This document shows, piece by piece, positions 19,510 to 28,155 of a stretch of DNA of 64,000 nt. The first letter of the stretch is position 1. The number at the start of each line of letters is the position of its first letter. Made by a program: the position numbers and the translations under genes. Below the pieces are notes generated by a model that was not told the origin of the DNA, did not search any database, and was given only the letters and a program-made list of their open reading frames with translations. Location: NCBI GenBank assembly GCA_900617105.1, contig UYFQ01000006.1, positions 248,001-312,000 on the forward strand. Reading direction: 5' to 3'. This stretch comes from Hydrurus foetidus. Taxonomy: Eukaryota.

Positions 19510-19926
19510 TCAGCCCTGCAACATCCAGTCTTCAAGCTGTAGCGCGGGTACGCGCTCAAAGTGACGGGTGTTATGCGTGACGAGCGTCAGGTTTTGTGCC
19601 AGTGCATGAGCCGCAATCTGGGTATCCATATCCCCAATGGGGGTGCCAAGCCGTTTATGCAAAGCGCTGATTTCAGCATAGTGATCTGCGGCCTGGGCAG
19701 TCCAATAGAGATTGGGCAGGCGTTCAAGAAAATGGTCAATCAAGCTCCGGCGGCGATCATCTGAAGCCATACCTGCTTGCCCAAAGCGCAATTCAGCGCG
19801 GGTCATCACGGATACAGCCAGGGTTTGCAGCTTGAGTTCGGTGTTGATTCTCTCTTCGAGTGCAGGTCGCGTGCGCCGTAAATAGTAGCTGACGATGTTG
19901 GTGTCCAGCAGGTAGCGCAAGCTCAT
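19510..19926 (-). CDS. vapC: VapC PIN-domain toxin
   Basis: YLLDTNIVS, AELRFG, DTQIAAHAL, LVTHNTRHF motifs. Confidence 0.92.
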   Translation of the reverse strand: MSLRYLLDTNIVSYYLRRTRPALEERINTELKLQTLAVSVMTRAELRFGQAGMASDDRRRSLIDHFLERLPNLYWTAQAADHYAEISALHKRLGTPIGDMDTQIAAHALAQNLTLVTHNTRHFERVPALQLEDWMLQG

Positions 19927-20180
19927 TCAGCCCACCTCTCAAACGGATCAGCCCGTGGAACAGCATCGCGGACAGGGATAAATTCAGCCGTCACAGGCAT
20001 GGACTGCAGCTCTGTCAGAAAAGCCTCAAGCGCATCCGGCATAGCTTTTGGCTTGAGGGTGATTTCACCCGTCACCTCATTCTTGGTAATCCACATCTCC
20101 TGCACATTCACGCGAAATGCCTTGGGCAAGCGAACTGCTTGGCTGTTGCCTGTGGTGAAAATTTTGGCTGTAGCGAGCAT
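19923..20180 (-). CDS. vapB: VapB (AbrB/SpoVT-type) antitoxin
   Basis: AKIFTTGNSQAVRLPKAFR; ATGA overlap with vapC. Confidence 0.9.
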   Translation of the reverse strand: MLATAKIFTTGNSQAVRLPKAFRVNVQEMWITKNEVTGEITLKPKAMPDALEAFLTELQSMPVTAEFIPVRDAVPRADPFERWAE

Positions 20181-20188
20181 GGCACCTT

Positions 20189-20224
20189 CCATAAAATATA
20201 TACAAAACCGTATCTATTTTATGG
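20189..20224. promoter_or_regulatory. Inverted repeat upstream of vapB, probable autorepression operator
   Basis: CCATAAAATA-t-ATAC-aaaacc-GTAT-c-TATTTTATGG immediately 5' of vapB. Confidence 0.6.
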
Positions 20225-20234
20225 GCCATGCACC

Positions 20235-20315
20235 GCCACTGTCCAGCGGATAATCCGCCGCGAACTCAACTCAAAGACTCAATCAAATCAATGTACTGCT
20301 GCTTGGCTGCATGGC
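20235..20315 (-). repeat. Direct repeat copy 1: displaced 3' end of ACBP gene (att-like)
   Basis: 81 bp with 8 mismatches and no gaps versus 25436-25516; encodes AAKQQYIDLIESLS*. Confidence 0.9.
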
Positions 20316-20333
20316 ACTTTCGGATGACTTGAT

Positions 20334-22031
20334 TTAAACAACGGTGCCGCCAGTAACACCGACATGGTGGCCGACTGGGTCAATCAGTACGCCCGGATTC
20401 ATGATGCCCGTCGGATCCATGACCGCCTTGGCACCGGCCAGGGCTTGACGCATGAGCGCTGGAACCTCTTGCTCATAGCCTGAGCGGTGATCGCGACCCA
20501 CCGCATGGTGATGCGTACTCGTGCCGCCATGCCCGACAACAGCCTCGTTGCACGCCGCCTTTATCTCGCGCCATTGAGCCCAAGTGCTGGCCAGATCAGC
20601 GCTCTTGCCGGATGAAGCAGCAAATGTGAAATAAGTGGCCGGCCCGTCCGGGTAGACATGCGAAAACCGGCAGGACACGGGCACTGCATGACCCGTTACA
20701 CGGCGGATAACTTCGGCCACATCCTGCTTGACACCGTCATAGAACGCATCGAAACGATCCCACGTAATGGCCGTCTCAAACGTGTCCATGATGGCACCAT
20801 GGCGGGTTGTTTCATCACGCCAATACGGAAGACGAATAAAGGCATCGCGCCAATCCCCGGCAGAGCCTTTGTGGTGTTGCGGCACTGCAGCGAGGTCGGC
20901 AGGTGCCATGGACCGCGTGACCGCCGCCTTGTTGTACTGGCCACCGTGGTCGCAGACCAGTTCCAAAGCGCGGGTCATCCATGCCTTCAACGGATGATCA
21001 GCAGACTCAAAGGCCAATACCAAGGTGGGGCTGCGTCTATCGCCGACTCCGGAAAACGCCACTTCTGCTGCATCCAACAGGCGGCAATTGGTAGGCTGCA
21101 GGCCCGACTGTGAAAGCGCCCTCACACACGTCACCGCATCTTTGAAGTTGTTGAACGTTACCGAGGCCGAGGCACGGAACTTGGGTCGGGACTGTAAGCG
21201 CATCCACGCTTCAGTGATGACGCCCAGGGTACCTTCGGAGCCAATGATCAGTCGATCTGGGGCAGGGCCTGCGCCAGAGCCGGGCAAGCGCCGGGTCTGG
21301 ACTACCCCACGGGGTGTCACGGTCCGGGTGCTTTGCACAAAGTCGTCGATGTGCGTGTACTGTGTTGCATAGTGCCCGCCTGCGCGGGTCGCAATCCATC
21401 CACCCAGCGTGGAGAACTGAAAGCTTTGCAAGTAGTGGCGCAGTGTCAGGCTATGGGATTTGAGCTGGGCTTCCAAATCCGGCCCCAGTACCCCCGCTTG
21501 AATACGCGCGCAGCGACTGACTGGGTCGACTTCAAGGACCTTGCTAAAACGTTCCATGTCCATTGACACGGTGGCACGATAGCCGTCCCCCACGGCTGAC
21601 TCCACACCGCTGACGACACTGGTGCCCCCGCCAAATGGAATAACGGCCACTCGATGTTCATGGGCCCAGTCCAAGACCTGGATCAGTTCCGCTTCATCGT
21701 TTGGAAACGCAACCCAGTCGGGCGCATTGGGCACATGGCGCATCAACATCCGCGCGACATCGGCAAAGCTCTTGCCATAGGCATGTACCAAGCGGTCGTA
21801 AGGCGAACACGAGAGGATGTGGGACAGTGCGGCGGGCGCTGCTACGCGAGGTGATGCCAGCGCGAAGTCGTCAATGCGCGGTTCATCGACCTTCGAACCC
21901 ATGCCGCCTGGCAAACGCGCAAGCATGGCCTGGACAACAGTGTGCTCCCCTGCGCTGAGTTGTTCGTGGGCATAGCCCCAACCCCAAAATCGCTTTTGAG
22001 GTCGCTTGGACAGGCTGGCGGGCGACTTCAC
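20334..22031 (-). CDS. FAD-linked oxidoreductase, alkyl-DHAP synthase (AgpS)-like
   Basis: FWGWG, PFGGGTSVV, STLGGWIATRAGGH, GSEGTLGVITE and C-terminal HHHAVG motif; GTG start. Confidence 0.85.
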   Translation of the reverse strand: MKSPASLSKRPQKRFWGWGYAHEQLSAGEHTVVQAMLARLPGGMGSKVDEPRIDDFALASPRVAAPAALSHILSCSPYDRLVHAYGKSFADVARMLMRHVPNAPDWVAFPNDEAELIQVLDWAHEHRVAVIPFGGGTSVVSGVESAVGDGYRATVSMDMERFSKVLEVDPVSRCARIQAGVLGPDLEAQLKSHSLTLRHYLQSFQFSTLGGWIATRAGGHYATQYTHIDDFVQSTRTVTPRGVVQTRRLPGSGAGPAPDRLIIGSEGTLGVITEAWMRLQSRPKFRASASVTFNNFKDAVTCVRALSQSGLQPTNCRLLDAAEVAFSGVGDRRSPTLVLAFESADHPLKAWMTRALELVCDHGGQYNKAAVTRSMAPADLAAVPQHHKGSAGDWRDAFIRLPYWRDETTRHGAIMDTFETAITWDRFDAFYDGVKQDVAEVIRRVTGHAVPVSCRFSHVYPDGPATYFTFAASSGKSADLASTWAQWREIKAACNEAVVGHGGTSTHHHAVGRDHRSGYEQEVPALMRQALAGAKAVMDPTGIMNPGVLIDPVGHHVGVTGGTVV

Positions 22032-22339
22032 TCCTGGGTCTCACTGATGAGGATGCTGGGTGCGATGCTGGTGTAATTGGCAATGTCGGCAGTCACCGCT
22101 TTGCCCGCTGCGCCCATGGCCGCTTGAAAACTGCCCATGTCTGGAAACAGCAAGTGGGCCGCCGCGACGATTGGTGCAGCCTTGCCGGCACCATCTGACA
22201 GACCGCGATCCATCTCCACGCGTACCAAACCGTGCGGCCCCATGAGCGATTGCACTAGCGCGCGGTGTTTGGATGTGTAGTAGGCGTGGTCAAAAGTCGC
22301 GCCTGCGGTTGCTGGGTAGGAAACGGTAACACGGATCAT
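22028..22339 (-). CDS. EthD family reductase
   Basis: MIRVTVSYP...FDHAYY..KH...DIANYTSIAP pattern; AGGAG RBS. Confidence 0.85.
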   Translation of the reverse strand: MIRVTVSYPATAGATFDHAYYTSKHRALVQSLMGPHGLVRVEMDRGLSDGAGKAAPIVAAAHLLFPDMGSFQAAMGAAGKAVTADIANYTSIAPSILISETQE

Positions 22340-22381
22340 AAGGAACTCCTGGGTTAAAAATATTGGAAGGACACACGAGAA

Positions 22382-22458
22382 TCAGAATGGATCACTTGGA
22401 GCCCAGGTGCGCAGCAGCAGCTTGTCGACCTTGCCGACAGCGGTAGCTGATCGAGCGG
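22382..22458 (-). pseudogene. C-terminal remnant of an acyl-CoA synthetase (AMP-binding) gene
   Basis: PLDQLP in one frame continues as TAVGKVDKLLLRTW...* in another (A10 motif). Confidence 0.6.
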
Positions 22459-22460
22459 TC

Positions 22461-24065
22461 TCAGGCCTTCAGCTCACGAAACAGGTCTCGCCCCAACACA
22501 GCAGACGCTGCTACGAGGCCACCCACCATGGCGCCACTCACACCTGCGGCTGAAACATCTTGCCCGCTGAAATACAGCCCTTTAACCGGACCATGTGCCC
22601 GCATCCAGCGCTGAGCAAAACGCTTGGGCGTTTGCTCATAGCCCATGAAGTTTCCGTGGCTGCGGTTGAGGAAATGGTTGAAGCTCAAGGGCGTAGACAA
22701 CTCGGAGTGAGCCACACGTCCGCGAATTTGCGGGAAGTATTTGTACGCCGTTTCCAGCAGGTCATTGCTCAGCTTGGCCTTCATGTCGTCATATTCAGCG
22801 CCACGGCGCATCCATTCAGTTCCAGCGAATCGCGAGAACACGGACCAGTCGGTGAGGCCGCAGATGTCCATGGTGCTGCGCCCTGGATAGCGTGCGGGCC
22901 AACTGGGGTCGCGCAGTGACGGATGGGTCATGAAGTACAGCGGCATGGGCTCCTGCATGGGGTTCGCAACGTAGCGCTGTAAATTCGCAGAAAGATCGTT
23001 GCTTGGATGTGCCCACACATTGGCGGGATGAATGTCCAACTCGCCGTTCTCCGCATTCAGTCCGATGTTCAATACGGCATAGCATTGGGTCGGGCCCAAG
23101 GTACCGGCGGATGCGGACAAAGCCTGTGTCTCCGGTGTTTCATTGCCAGCCAGCATGGGAAGGGTCTGCTGAATACCGATTGAGCTGACCACTCGCCGTG
23201 CGCCAACCACGGCCCCGTCGGCCATGCGTACGCCAATGGCCCGTCCGTTCTCGATCACCATAGAGGTCGCATCGGCCCCCACCAGGCACGAACCACCTGC
23301 TGCGCGCACCGTGTCGGCCATGGTCAGCGCAATGCGGGGCGCGCCCCCCACCGGGTAACTGGCACCCTCCAGATAGTGTGCGATCACCATGGCGTGGATG
23401 GCGAAAGATGCTTGCGCTGGTGTGTTGCAGTAGTCGCCGTAGTGGCCGCACAAAACCGCCTTGAGCTCTGCGTTGTCGGTCAACTCGTTCATGACCTCCA
23501 GTACCGTGCGCTGGGAGTAAGGCGCGAACAGTGTCTGCGCCTCTGTGCTGACCGCCTCGGTGGCCGTCTGAGGCAATGCACGCTCGCCAAAGAAGGCCTT
23601 GGCTGCGCGGTTGGCCTGGAGAACCAGGTCGACATACTGTTCGATGGCCTTGGTTTCAGCAGGAAAGTAGGCTTTCATGCGGTCCTTGAATGCATCGGCA
23701 CCGGAAACATAGTCGTAGGTCTTGTCCGCCACGATGATTCGGTTGTACACATCGGGCATGGAAGCCCACTCCAATTGGCCGCGCGTGACCTTCGCGAACA
23801 AACGTGCCAAGCCACTGCTCTTGCGGTGGACCTCGCCCATGTAGTGCAAACCAACATCCCATTCAAAACCGTTGCGTTGATAGGACTGAAGGCACCCCCC
23901 TAAAACCGCATGGCGTTCCAGTACCAAGACCCGCTGCCCATCAAGGGCCAATAGGGCGGCCGTGGTCAGTCCGCCTGCGCCGGAGCCTATGACGATGGTG
24001 TCAAAGGGCTGGTTCAAGTCACCGCGCGCCATCGCGCGCTTGTAACTCAGATCGGTTTCGCTCAT
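22461..24065 (-). CDS. Phytoene desaturase / retinol saturase-like FAD oxidoreductase
   Basis: GSGAGG Rossmann motif, EWDVGLHYMG, YPVGG, STPLS, GLYFSGQDV...GVSGAM. Confidence 0.85.
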   Translation of the reverse strand: MSETDLSYKRAMARGDLNQPFDTIVIGSGAGGLTTAALLALDGQRVLVLERHAVLGGCLQSYQRNGFEWDVGLHYMGEVHRKSSGLARLFAKVTRGQLEWASMPDVYNRIIVADKTYDYVSGADAFKDRMKAYFPAETKAIEQYVDLVLQANRAAKAFFGERALPQTATEAVSTEAQTLFAPYSQRTVLEVMNELTDNAELKAVLCGHYGDYCNTPAQASFAIHAMVIAHYLEGASYPVGGAPRIALTMADTVRAAGGSCLVGADATSMVIENGRAIGVRMADGAVVGARRVVSSIGIQQTLPMLAGNETPETQALSASAGTLGPTQCYAVLNIGLNAENGELDIHPANVWAHPSNDLSANLQRYVANPMQEPMPLYFMTHPSLRDPSWPARYPGRSTMDICGLTDWSVFSRFAGTEWMRRGAEYDDMKAKLSNDLLETAYKYFPQIRGRVAHSELSTPLSFNHFLNRSHGNFMGYEQTPKRFAQRWMRAHGPVKGLYFSGQDVSAAGVSGAMVGGLVAASAVLGRDLFRELKA

Positions 24066-24235
24066 GTTTGCACTCCTGTTTCAAATTTGCATAAGGCAAC
24101 GGGTATCACTGCCGACTGAAGCTAGTGTGCGCATGTGTTGTGAGAACGGGAATGGCATCACGCGTCAATAACTTGTGTTGAGACGACATGATGTTGCCCA
24201 TGTGACTGACGTTTAACGCCGTGGCCGGTAGGCTT

Positions 24236-25297
24236 ATGAATATGAGCACTCCCTCCACCGTATTGGCAACTTGGTTGCTCAGCGTGCTGGCGCAATTTGA
24301 AGCCAGAGGCGTGCCGCTAGCCCAGCTTTTGGACGGCGCCTGGTTGCAGGAGGCTGGCGCACGCAACCCCACACGCCCACTGCAAATGGTGGCGGTGCGT
24401 CGCCTGTGGCATCAGGCCATGCAACACGTAGAGGATCCCGTTTTTGGGCTGAAGGTAGGCTTGCACCTTCCCCTGCAGGCCATGAATGTACTGGCCTGGC
24501 TTGTAGCCCATAGTCGCAACCTCAGAGAAGGCTTGGACCACGCAATCCGATTTCAGTCCTTGATCAGCAATTCAGGGCGTTTTGGCATCCTCGCTGACGT
24601 CATGGGTACGAAAGTGACGTACCGTGTCAATCCATCACCGGTGCCGATGCATCCTGCTCAGGTAGACAGTGCCCTTGGGGGGTTGTTGGGACTGTTGCGC
24701 CTGTGTGCATCAAATGAAGTGCGCCCAGTCTTCGCCGAGCTCGCCGGAATCACCCTGGTCAACGCATCTGCCTACGCGCAGGTATTGGGTTGCGAGGTGC
24801 GGACGGCAAGTCAACAGAACTGGCTGGCATTTTCCAATGAGGTTCTGGACACGCCCTATGCTGGCGCCGATCCCACGCTGTTTCAGCTTGCCTTGCGACG
24901 CGCACAAGAAATGCTCCGGTCTCAAAATCGCACGGAAACCTTGGTTGACCATGTGCAGGCCGCCATCGCTACACGGGGTTTGCAGAACGCTAGTTGCGCC
25001 GCCGCCGCCGAGTCCATGGACTTGAGTGTTCGCACCCTGCAGCGGCGTTTGGTCGAGTGTGGGACAAGCTTTCGACGCTTGCTGGAAGCCACTCGCATGG
25101 AGGAGGCACTGACCTTGTTATCCAATCAGAACCTGACGCTTGCCACCGTTGCTGATCAATTGGGTTACGCCGACGCCAGTGCGCTATCGCATGCAGTGCG
25201 GACCCATTGGGGTGCATCACCGCGGCATTTGCGATCAGAGTTGATACAAGGGCATGGATTGGCAGGGGAAACCAATCGAGCGACGTGGTCGGAATAA
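24236..25297 (+). CDS. AraC-family transcriptional regulator (OruR-like)
   Basis: DPVFGL N-domain, SVRTLQRRL..GTSFRRL, LGYADASAL..AVR..WG.SP. Confidence 0.88.
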   Translation: MNMSTPSTVLATWLLSVLAQFEARGVPLAQLLDGAWLQEAGARNPTRPLQMVAVRRLWHQAMQHVEDPVFGLKVGLHLPLQAMNVLAWLVAHSRNLREGLDHAIRFQSLISNSGRFGILADVMGTKVTYRVNPSPVPMHPAQVDSALGGLLGLLRLCASNEVRPVFAELAGITLVNASAYAQVLGCEVRTASQQNWLAFSNEVLDTPYAGADPTLFQLALRRAQEMLRSQNRTETLVDHVQAAIATRGLQNASCAAAAESMDLSVRTLQRRLVECGTSFRRLLEATRMEEALTLLSNQNLTLATVADQLGYADASALSHAVRTHWGASPRHLRSELIQGHGLAGETNRATWSE

Positions 25298-25395
25298 GAG
25301 ATTCTCAGACGCAACGATCCAGTTGTGCCTGAGCATCAAAGGCTTGTTAAGGCAAGGCTGAACAAGCCCCATAAAATTAGAAGTATTCCCTTTAA

Positions 25396-25408
25396 AATCA
25401 ATGACTTA
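25396..25408 (+). promoter_or_regulatory. IHF-binding consensus site
   Basis: AATCAATGACTTA matches WATCAANNNNTTR, with AT-rich 5' flank. Confidence 0.55.
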
Positions 25409-25435
25409 CGAAGGCCGAATTATGGGAAATTCGGG

Positions 25436-25516
25436 GCTACTGTACAGCGAATGATCCGCCACGAACTCAACTCAACGACTCAATCAAATCAATGTACTGC
25501 TGCTTGGCCGCATCGC
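25436..25516 (-). repeat. Direct repeat copy 2: 3' end of intact ACBP gene plus downstream bases
   Basis: Matches 20235-20315 at offset 5201. Confidence 0.9.
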
Positions 25517-25721
25517 TGTCCGTGCCCTTCATGCCGTTCCAGGCATCCCACTTGGCACGGCCCACCATGTCGCCGAAGCCGGGTTTTTTCTCGGTGTTGT
25601 CACCCGTGCTGCCTTGCTTGTACAGCGCGTAGAGCTTGAGCAGGGTGGTGTTGTCGGGGCGATCTGTGAGGTTTTTGGAGTTGGCGACAGCGGCTTCGAA
25701 CAGGGTGGTCAGGTCAGACAT
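25467..25721 (-). CDS. Acyl-CoA-binding protein
   Basis: LLKLYALYKQG..GD...KPG..D.VGRAKWDAW...G motif. Confidence 0.93.
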   Translation of the reverse strand: MSDLTTLFEAAVANSKNLTDRPDNTTLLKLYALYKQGSTGDNTEKKPGFGDMVGRAKWDAWNGMKGTDSDAAKQQYIDLIESLS

Positions 25722-25945
25722 CAGGGGTTCCTTGAAAGGTTGAACGATTGAAAGAGAGGGGGTTTTCAAATACGCAGGCTTGGTCGGTACAACTTAGGTA
25801 AGTTTGCCAACACCTGCGGGTATTTGCGCGGTATCTTACGGCCTGCTTGCGCCTCAAAATAGAGGCACTGTACGAACAGACATACCGATACACCCACAAG
25901 CAGCGACGCATCCCGCGCTCCGCTGCAATGCCTCCAGGAGAACAC

Positions 25946-27550
25946 ATGGTTACGCGCATCGCTGCCCAAGAAGCAGCCCAACAGGTCACACAGCAAGTCA
26001 CGCAACGGGTCATCACCCAAGCCACCAAGGCCGCCAAAACCACCCGTCGCGCGGCCCGCATCGTGCAAAAGAACGTGACCAACGCCGTCAGCGGTGCTTT
26101 GGGGTTTTCGGGCGAGCGCATGACCAAGGTGGACACCGCGTGGCTGCGCATGGATTCGTCCAGCAATTTGATGATGGTGGTGGGCATTTGGGTACTGCGC
26201 CCAGGTGTAACCCAAGACGCGCTGGTGGAACGTGTCGAAGAGCGCTTGATGAAGTACAACCGCTTTTCACAGCGCGTAGTGGAAGACGCTGCCGGAGCCA
26301 CCTGGGTACAGGATGCCGACTTTGACATCCACCGCCATGTGGTGCTCGAAAAGTTGCCCAAATCAGCCAAAGGCCAGCACCAGACTGCGCTGCAAAACCG
26401 GGTGGCTGAATTGACGATGCAACCGCTTGACCGCAAGCATCCCCTGTGGCAGCTCCACCTGATTGAGAACTACCCTGGCCCGAATGGCGAAAAAGGCAGT
26501 GCGTTGATCGTGCGTATCCACCACTGCATCGCCGACGGCATTGCGCTGATTTCGGTGACGACTTCTCTGGTCGATGGCGGCACACCCCCGCCCGAGCGCG
26601 TCAAAAAGAACGCCCCCAGCGGGGCCGAAGATTGGTTGGCCGATGCCGTGCTCAAGCCCTTCACCAGCATGACCGTGCGGGCGCTGGGTGGGGCCGGTGA
26701 GCGCACCGCCAAAACCTTGCGCATGCTGAGCGAACCTCAAAAAGGATTGAGCAGTACTCTATCCAACGCGGTAGACATGGCCAAGCTGGGTCTGCATGTG
26801 GCCAGCGATTTGGCCGCGATGGCGTTGATGCCCGATGACTCCAAAACCCGACTCAAAGGCAAGCCTGGCACCACCAAACGTGTGGCCTGGTGCCAGCCGA
26901 TTCCGCTGGAAGAAGTGCGTGCCGTGGGCAAAGCCTTGAATGCGTCGATCAACGATGTGCTGCTGAGCTGTGTGGCTGGGGCGATTGGCGAATATCTCAA
27001 ATCCCATGGCGATGACCCCACTGGTCAAGAAATCCGGGCGATGGTGCCCGTCAATCTGCGCCCGATGGAAGAAGCCTACAAACTGGGCAACCGCTTTGGC
27101 CTCGCGCCCCTGGTGCTGCCGATTGGTGTCGCCAACCCGATCGAGCGCGTCTACGAAGTGCGCCGCCGCATGAACGAGATGAAGGGCAGCTACCAGCCGC
27201 TGCTGGCCTTCAGCCTGCTGTCAGTCGCTGGGCGTTTGGGCAAACCCGCGCAAGACGCGATGCTGAACCTGTTCGGCAAGAAGACCACAGCGGTGATGAC
27301 CAACGTACCAGGGCCCAAAATCAAGCTGAAGTTTTGCGGCTCCACCATCGAAGAAAACATGTTCTGGGTACCCCAATCAGGCGACGTGGGCCTGGGCGTG
27401 TCTATCCTGAGCTACGGCGGCGGCGTGCAGTTTGGCGTCATCACCGACAGCACCCTGTGCCCCGACCCTCAAGCCATCATCGACCGCTTTGAGCCAGAGT
27501 TTTCCAAGCTGAGCATCGTGACGCTGATGCTGCCTTGGGAAGAGAAGTAA
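25946..27550 (+). CDS. Wax ester synthase/diacylglycerol acyltransferase (WS/DGAT)
   Basis: HHCIADG catalytic motif, PLW, SINDV, VPVNLR, TNVPGP; AGGAG RBS. Confidence 0.92.
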   Translation: MVTRIAAQEAAQQVTQQVTQRVITQATKAAKTTRRAARIVQKNVTNAVSGALGFSGERMTKVDTAWLRMDSSSNLMMVVGIWVLRPGVTQDALVERVEERLMKYNRFSQRVVEDAAGATWVQDADFDIHRHVVLEKLPKSAKGQHQTALQNRVAELTMQPLDRKHPLWQLHLIENYPGPNGEKGSALIVRIHHCIADGIALISVTTSLVDGGTPPPERVKKNAPSGAEDWLADAVLKPFTSMTVRALGGAGERTAKTLRMLSEPQKGLSSTLSNAVDMAKLGLHVASDLAAMALMPDDSKTRLKGKPGTTKRVAWCQPIPLEEVRAVGKALNASINDVLLSCVAGAIGEYLKSHGDDPTGQEIRAMVPVNLRPMEEAYKLGNRFGLAPLVLPIGVANPIERVYEVRRRMNEMKGSYQPLLAFSLLSVAGRLGKPAQDAMLNLFGKKTTAVMTNVPGPKIKLKFCGSTIEENMFWVPQSGDVGLGVSILSYGGGVQFGVITDSTLCPDPQAIIDRFEPEFSKLSIVTLMLPWEEK

Positions 27551-27565
27551 GCAGGCTGCGCCCCC

Positions 27566-28039
27566 TCACACCGGCACTGCCGTGGTGGATTTCACCCTGT
27601 CCATCACGAAGCTGGTTTTGCAGTCTTGCACGCTGGAGTGCTTGAGCAGGGATTCCATGATGAAGTGGCTGTAGTGGGCCATGTCGCGCACCACGAGACG
27701 CAGCAGGTAGTCCATCTCGCCGGTCAGGGCGGCGCATTCCACCACCTCAGGCCAGGTTTGTACGCTGGCGCGGAACACGTCCATGGGGTTGCGCTTGTGG
27801 CTGTCGGCGTGCTTTTCCAGGCGCACGTTGATGTATGCCGTGAGGCCCAGACCAACGGCTTCGGGTTTGACCAAAGCCACGTAGCGGGCAATGACACCCG
27901 CCTCTTCCAGGCGCTTGACACGGCGCAGCACGGCACTGGGGGAAAGGCCAATCTGCTCGGAAATATGGTCGTAGGTGGCGCGGCCATCTTCTTGCAGGGC
28001 GCGCAGGATATGGCGATCAAGCTTGTCAAGTGCTTCCAT
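27566..28039 (-). CDS. Lrp/AsnC-family regulator
   Basis: LDKLDRHILRALQEDGR...GLSPSAVLRRVKRLEEAGVI; divergent from phhA. Confidence 0.93.
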   Translation of the reverse strand: MEALDKLDRHILRALQEDGRATYDHISEQIGLSPSAVLRRVKRLEEAGVIARYVALVKPEAVGLGLTAYINVRLEKHADSHKRNPMDVFRASVQTWPEVVECAALTGEMDYLLRLVVRDMAHYSHFIMESLLKHSSVQDCKTSFVMDRVKSTTAVPV

Positions 28040-28155
28040 GATTTGATTTTTGCAGGTTTAAGGCGTTGATGGGGACTATAGCGCTTTGAATTGCAGCAAT
28101 GTTGATGCTGCACACGGCTACAGTAAGGGCCAGACTGCCCTAATTGGAGTGACCT

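Larger units (their letters stand above)
20316..25435. mobile_element. Putative integrase-less genomic islet inserted at the ACBP gene 3' end
   Basis: Bounded by the ACBP 3' duplication; IHF-consensus site near right end; no recombinase gene inside. Confidence 0.65.

Noticed and set aside
25325..25639. 104-aa ORF at the islet end as a possible integrase fragment
   Set aside because: No tyrosine or serine recombinase motifs; largely antisense to ACBP.
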